A stretch of DNA of 29,017 nt from an uncultured Anaerolineae bacterium. Its GTDB lineage: Bacteria > Chloroflexota > Anaerolineae > J036 > Brachytrichaceae. The notes under the pieces were generated by a model that was not told where the DNA came from, ran no database searches, and was given only the letters and a program-made list of their open reading frames with translations. The position numbers and the translations under genes are program-made. Shown here one piece after another: positions 25,023 through 29,017 of the stretch (its first letter is position 1; every line of letters starts with the position of its first letter). The stretch is taken from NCBI GenBank assembly GCA_964590135.1, contig CAZPVX010000008.1, forward strand, positions 1 through 29,017, read 5' to 3'.

Positions 25023-27260
25023 CTATTTCACGCGCATGCGCGTCAGGACGATCTGGTCGCCGGCGAACTGGCCGCGCGCGTCATAGGCCGGCACGCGCGC
25101 GAAACCGTCCGGGTCATACCACACCAGCAGCAAGTTATATACGCCGGCCGGCGCATCGGCGCCGGTCTGCAAGGCAAACGTGGTCTCATGGGTTTCACCC
25201 AGACGCCACTGCGTCAGCGGCTGGCCGGCGTCTTGCTGGGCAATCTTGTTGGCCTTGTCATCCAACAACTGCAACGACAGGTTCAAGTCCTTGTCAAGGG
25301 ATTGGGCAGCGCGCCAGCGCAGCGTCACGCTCAACGCCTCGCCCGGTCGAAGGGCATCCGGCACGATGGCGTAGCTCAACAATTCCACACCATTTGCATA
25401 GCGCAGCAGCGGCGCAGGGTCAACGCGCTCAGCCAGCTGCAACTGGCCGAAGATGGCGCGGTCGTCGCCACCCGGCAACTTCATCCGTTCGCCGGTTTGA
25501 AAATCATATGCGCCGACAGCCCAGCGCAACGTGCGCGGCGCCGGCGCGAGCGCCGGGATGCGCAAGGTGTAATGATCCGTCCAGATATAGTCTGCCGGCG
25601 TCTCAGAGGTGGCGATATTGCCTTGCCCGGGATACATGTCGCGCTGCGCCACGATCGCATCATTCTCGTCGATCAGATGCACAAAGATGCCGACATTCGC
25701 CGGCAACGGCTGGATCAATTTCCAGTTCATGCGCAGCGTGACCTCGTCACCCGGGCGCGCGGTTTGGGTCGAGGAGCCGGCCTCCACCAACGTCAATGCA
25801 CCGCCAAAGGTTGCATTCACCGGCAATGGCAGCCGCGCCTGCCACTGGTTCGCCGGCAGCGCATACGCCGGCGCGATATACACAAATGGCACAGCGACTG
25901 CGAGCGCAACGAAACCAGCGCACACCGCCGCCAGCAAAAAACGATGGATGCGCCACAAGCCATATGCCATCGCCGACGCAATCACCGCAATGCACGGGAA
26001 CATCAGCCGACCCTGTGATGCCGGCGTCAGAGAGGTCCAGCGCAGCAGCGCGATGAACACGATGCCGACCCAGAATGCGCACAGGATGATCTTTTTCCAT
26101 GCGTCATGCGACAACGTTTTCCGCAGGGCAGCTGACACAAGACCGTAGGCGCAACCAGCCATCGCCACAACGAACACCCAACCCAACACCTCATAGACGA
26201 AAGGGTGCATGATGATGTTCAGCGTGCCGAACACGCCCCAGTATGACCAGATAAACCCCTCGCGCTCGCTCCACAATTGCGCCAGTGACGCCGGCGTATC
26301 GCGCCGGCCCACCACATCCAAAAATCCATTCCAGCCCAATGGATCGCCATAGAGTTGCTGATTGCGCGCAAACCACCAGCCGCTGATGATGAGTGTGACT
26401 GCCATCATCACGATGCTGAAGCGCAAGACTTCGAGCGCAACATGTTTGAACGCGAGGCGCCTGATGTTTGATGCCTGATTCAGCGCCGCCGCCAGGCCAA
26501 ACAACGCCACCAAGCCAAGCGCGCTGCTCTTGCTGAGCGCGCCAAAGCCGGCGATGGCGCCGGCGATCACAGCGCTCTGCCAGGACAAGCCGTTCCCAGA
26601 GCCTGCCGAAGAGCGCATCACCCGCAGCGCCCACCATGTGCCAATCGTGCTGAACATCACCGCTGCGTTGTCGTTGTTGATCGCGCCGCTGATAAACGCG
26701 AACATCGGCACGCACGCGACGAGGATTGGAACTGCGAGCCGGAGCAAAGGCGCACCGCGCGCGATGCGTGATGTGTTGATCGCGAAGAGTTCCCGCGCCA
26801 CCAGATATGAGCAGAACACCGTCACGGTGCTCATCAAAATGGAGACCAGGCGCGCCATGCGTGTGGCAAGCACAGCGCGCGCCCATGGGAATCGTTCCGC
26901 CGGCGTGTGCAAGATGGCATTTGCATTGCCATCGCGCGCCGGCACGCCCATGTCGCTGTGCGGGTTGATGCGCCGCAATTCGCGCCAGTTCGAAGAGTCA
27001 AAAGGCGCGCTGAACGCTGCAGCGACCCAGTAATACAGCGGCGGCTGGCTGCCCTCCTGCCGCCATGGTGCGTCGGCGTCGGTCTGGCCCTCGCGCTGAA
27101 TGGGCAGACCGCCACCCGTTGCCAGATGTTGCACCATCGGGTAGTGCCACAATTCGTCGCTGGCTTCGTACAGCGGCGTCAGGATGCTGTACAAGCTGAA
27201 CAGCAGAAATGACGCGATGACGATCAGCGCTACGCCGATCTTTTCTGCGCGAGGGATCAC
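25023..27260 (-). CDS. GT-C fold glycosyltransferase family 39/83 (PMT/ArnT-like) membrane protein with two tandem ~110-aa C-terminal extracytoplasmic repeat domains
   Basis: N-terminal multi-TM region with a 'DELWHYP' first-loop acidic motif, ~11-13 TM segments, then two homologous repeats (both containing 'RPGExLxVTLRW...'). GTG start at 27258-27260. Confidence 0.75.
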   Translation of the reverse strand: MIPRAEKIGVALIVIASFLLFSLYSILTPLYEASDELWHYPMVQHLATGGGLPIQREGQTDADAPWRQEGSQPPLYYWVAAAFSAPFDSSNWRELRRINPHSDMGVPARDGNANAILHTPAERFPWARAVLATRMARLVSILMSTVTVFCSYLVARELFAINTSRIARGAPLLRLAVPILVACVPMFAFISGAINNDNAAVMFSTIGTWWALRVMRSSAGSGNGLSWQSAVIAGAIAGFGALSKSSALGLVALFGLAAALNQASNIRRLAFKHVALEVLRFSIVMMAVTLIISGWWFARNQQLYGDPLGWNGFLDVVGRRDTPASLAQLWSEREGFIWSYWGVFGTLNIIMHPFVYEVLGWVFVVAMAGCAYGLVSAALRKTLSHDAWKKIILCAFWVGIVFIALLRWTSLTPASQGRLMFPCIAVIASAMAYGLWRIHRFLLAAVCAGFVALAVAVPFVYIAPAYALPANQWQARLPLPVNATFGGALTLVEAGSSTQTARPGDEVTLRMNWKLIQPLPANVGIFVHLIDENDAIVAQRDMYPGQGNIATSETPADYIWTDHYTLRIPALAPAPRTLRWAVGAYDFQTGERMKLPGGDDRAIFGQLQLAERVDPAPLLRYANGVELLSYAIVPDALRPGEALSVTLRWRAAQSLDKDLNLSLQLLDDKANKIAQQDAGQPLTQWRLGETHETTFALQTGADAPAGVYNLLLVWYDPDGFARVPAYDARGQFAGDQIVLTRMRVK

Positions 27261-27371
27261 GATGGGGTTGACAACAGGGGGCCGGACATCCTGAACGAAG
27301 TGCAGCTTGAGAATGAGCGCTTGAGCGGCATGAACTGCCGCACGCAGTCGAAGGAATGCCGTTGATATGCG

Positions 27372-27905
27372 TTAGTTTGCAGCTTGGGGTTGCGCGGGCG
27401 CCTCAGGCGCCGGCGTTGCGGGCGCAGCTTCTGCCGGCGCTTCAGCCTGCATGCGCGCCTCGCGATCGCTTTCCAACTTGCTGATGCCGTTCGACACCAC
27501 AGCCATCGTGTGATCCAGCTCTTCGCGCAGCCGCTGCAACGTCTCCAGCGCATAGATATCGGCTTCAGAGCGCATGCGATCCACCTCTCGGCGCGCACGC
27601 TCTTCGATGGCGCTGGCGCGGTTTTGCGCGATGGAGATGATGGCGGTGTCGTCGGCCAGGCGATTCGCCTCGTCGCGCGCCATGTCCTTGATGCGCTCGG
27701 CCTCTTCCTTGGCCTGCGCGATGATGCGATCGTGCTCCTGCTGGATGCGCTGCGCCTTCTTGATCTCTTCGGGGATCGCCAACACCATCTGGTCGATCAG
27801 TTGAAAGCAACGGTCGGCGTCCACCAATTTCATTTTGGTGCCTGGCACACGCCGCGCTTCCAACAAGATGGCCTCGAGTCTCCCAAGAAGGTGTTGAATG
27901 TCCAT
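27372..27905 (-). CDS. Coiled-coil protein with an Ala/Pro-rich C-terminal tail (ATP-synthase-b-like or PspA-like heptad character; function unknown)
   Basis: A 177-aa protein with strongly charged heptad-repeat sequence (EEIKKAQRIQQEHDRIIAQAKEEAERIKDMARDEANR...) and a tail 'AEAPAEAAPATPAPEAPAQPQAAN'. An AT-rich probable promoter region lies upstream at 27906-28000. Confidence 0.6.
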   Translation of the reverse strand: MDIQHLLGRLEAILLEARRVPGTKMKLVDADRCFQLIDQMVLAIPEEIKKAQRIQQEHDRIIAQAKEEAERIKDMARDEANRLADDTAIISIAQNRASAIEERARREVDRMRSEADIYALETLQRLREELDHTMAVVSNGISKLESDREARMQAEAPAEAAPATPAPEAPAQPQAAN

Positions 27906-28000
27906 AGGCCTAAGTATATTGACGATTTGTGATTATGGGCAGGCAATTGTCTTTGAATATCTGCCAATCTCCGCGCCATATTTTGTAATGGGCCAGATGC

Positions 28001-28504
28001 TCATTCGCTACGCTTCTTCTGCAAGGCGCGGTTCACGCATGCCGGCACCAATTGTCCAACATCCCCGCCCAGGTTGGTAATCTGACGGATCAGCGTTGCG
28101 CTGAGAAAGTGATTGGGGGCGTTGGCAAACAAGCACACGATCTCGACATCGTCAGCCAGCCAGTGATTGGTTTGTGCCATCTGCAGTTCAAAATCGAAAT
28201 CGACGCTGTTGCGCAGACCGCGCACCATCGCCTGCGCGCCGGCCTGCTGCGCAAAGGCCACCGTCAGGCCGCTGTAGCCAACCACATGCGCGCGGCCATC
28301 CACGCCCAACTCTGCCATGCACTCGCGCACCAGTGCAATTCGCTCATCGTGCGTGAACAGCAGCCGCTTATCTGGCTGCTCATATACGCCAATCACCAGC
28401 TCGTCAAACAGCGCCAGCGCGCGCGTGGCGATGTCGAGATGGCCGTTGTGAAACGGATCGAAGGTGCCAGGGTAGAGGGCTGTGGTCATGGTGTTAGCTT
28501 GCAT
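28001..28504 (-). CDS. coaD: Phosphopantetheine adenylyltransferase
   Basis: 'ALYPGTFDPFHNGHLDIATRA' (the HxGH nucleotidyltransferase motif) and the overall 160-aa CoaD pattern. Start is ATG 28504, which overlaps the recG stop by 11 nt, or ATG 28489. Confidence 0.92.
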   Translation of the reverse strand: MQANTMTTALYPGTFDPFHNGHLDIATRALALFDELVIGVYEQPDKRLLFTHDERIALVRECMAELGVDGRAHVVGYSGLTVAFAQQAGAQAMVRGLRNSVDFDFELQMAQTNHWLADDVEIVCLFANAPNHFLSATLIRQITNLGGDVGQLVPACVNRALQKKRSE

Positions 28505-29017
28505 CTCCGCCTTCGCGATGCTTCCAGAATGCGTCTACCTTCTGCGCGAGCAACGGATGTGCAACCAGTTCAGGGTCGCCGGCCAGCACGCTCTCAGCTT
28601 GCGTTCGCGCCATCTCCAACAGGTCGCGGTCGCGCAGGTTCACCAGTTTCAACTCCGGCTCACCGCTCTGGCGCGTGCCAAAGAACTCACCGGGGCCGCG
28701 AATTTCCAGATCGACTTCGGCCAGCTTGAAGCCGTCGGTGGTGTTGACGATGGCCTGCAGGCGTTGATCGACCAACGCGGAACTGCTGTCGGCCAGCAAC
28801 ATGCAAAACGACTTGTGCGCACCACGCCCGACGCGCCCGCGAAATTGGTGCAACTGCGACAGACCGAAGCGGTTTGCGCCTTCGATCATCATCACGGTCG
28901 CATTCGGCACGTCGATGCCGACTTCGACCACCGAAGTGGAGACCAGAATTTGCGTCTCGCCGGCGGCGAACGCCTGCATCGCCGCATCCTTATCCCCCGG
29001 CTTCATCTTGCCGTGCA
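28494..29017 (-). CDS. recG: ATP-dependent DNA helicase RecG, C-terminal portion (5' end lies beyond the window)
   Basis: Helicase motif VI 'QLHQFRGRVGRG' and the RecG-type C-terminal 'wedge/TRG' tail. The reading frame is open to the window edge. Confidence 0.85.
   Translation of the reverse strand, partial: HGKMKPGDKDAAMQAFAAGETQILVSTSVVEVGIDVPNATVMMIEGANRFGLSQLHQFRGRVGRGAHKSFCMLLADSSSALVDQRLQAIVNTTDGFKLAEVDLEIRGPGEFFGTRQSGEPELKLVNLRDRDLLEMARTQAESVLAGDPELVAHPLLAQKVDAFWKHREGGDAS

Noticed and set aside
1-29017. CRISPR arrays, tRNA/rRNA genes, integrase/att sites
   Set aside because: I found no regularly spaced direct repeats, no tRNA-like T-loop/acceptor patterns in the intergenic regions, and no rRNA-like sequence. 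The only mobility signal is the IS3 fragment at the left edge.

Overview
High-GC (~63-65%) bacterial chromosomal segment. The gene content suggests Chloroflexota or another Terrabacteria lineage, but that is a guess. The core is a conserved minus-strand translation/RNA-modification cluster: nusA-ylxR-infB-rbfA-nrnA-(THUMP-like RNA methyltransferase)-truB-ribF. I find several RNA structures in and between these genes: a sigma70-like nusA promoter with a weak hairpin plus U-tract in the leader (a NusA-autoregulation-type attenuator), a structured 248-nt ylxR-infB leader, an infB-rbfA hairpin, and an rbfA-nrnA intrinsic terminator. At the left edge an IS3-family transposase fragment abuts a ~47% GC island encoding a Thr/Ser/Val-rich hypothetical protein; the island ends on the ribF stop codon. 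The remaining genes are: a 6-TM/SPFH(band-7) fusion protein, an EthD-like protein with a disordered A/P/E/T tail, a DDAH-like amidinotransferase and a small hypothetical; two divergent paralogous MFS transporters with an 11-bp perfect palindrome between them; a DUF4287 protein; a 2-hydroxyacid dehydrogenase; a secreted hypothetical; ThuA; a low-GC four-helix-bundle (23S-rRNA-IVS / Avd-like) protein gene bracketed by 12-bp perfect inverted repeats and GGGTGA repeats (an IVS-like cassette outside rRNA); a Bax-inhibitor/YccA membrane protein; a YvfRSTU-like module (ABC ATPase, ABC-2 permease, DesK-type HisKA_3 kinase, NarL-type regulator); a GT39/PMT-like GT-C glycosyltransferase with a tandem-duplicated C-terminal domain; a coiled-coil protein; coaD; and the 3' end of recG. 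No CRISPR, tRNA or rRNA was seen. Coordinates include stop codons, following the supplied ORF track.
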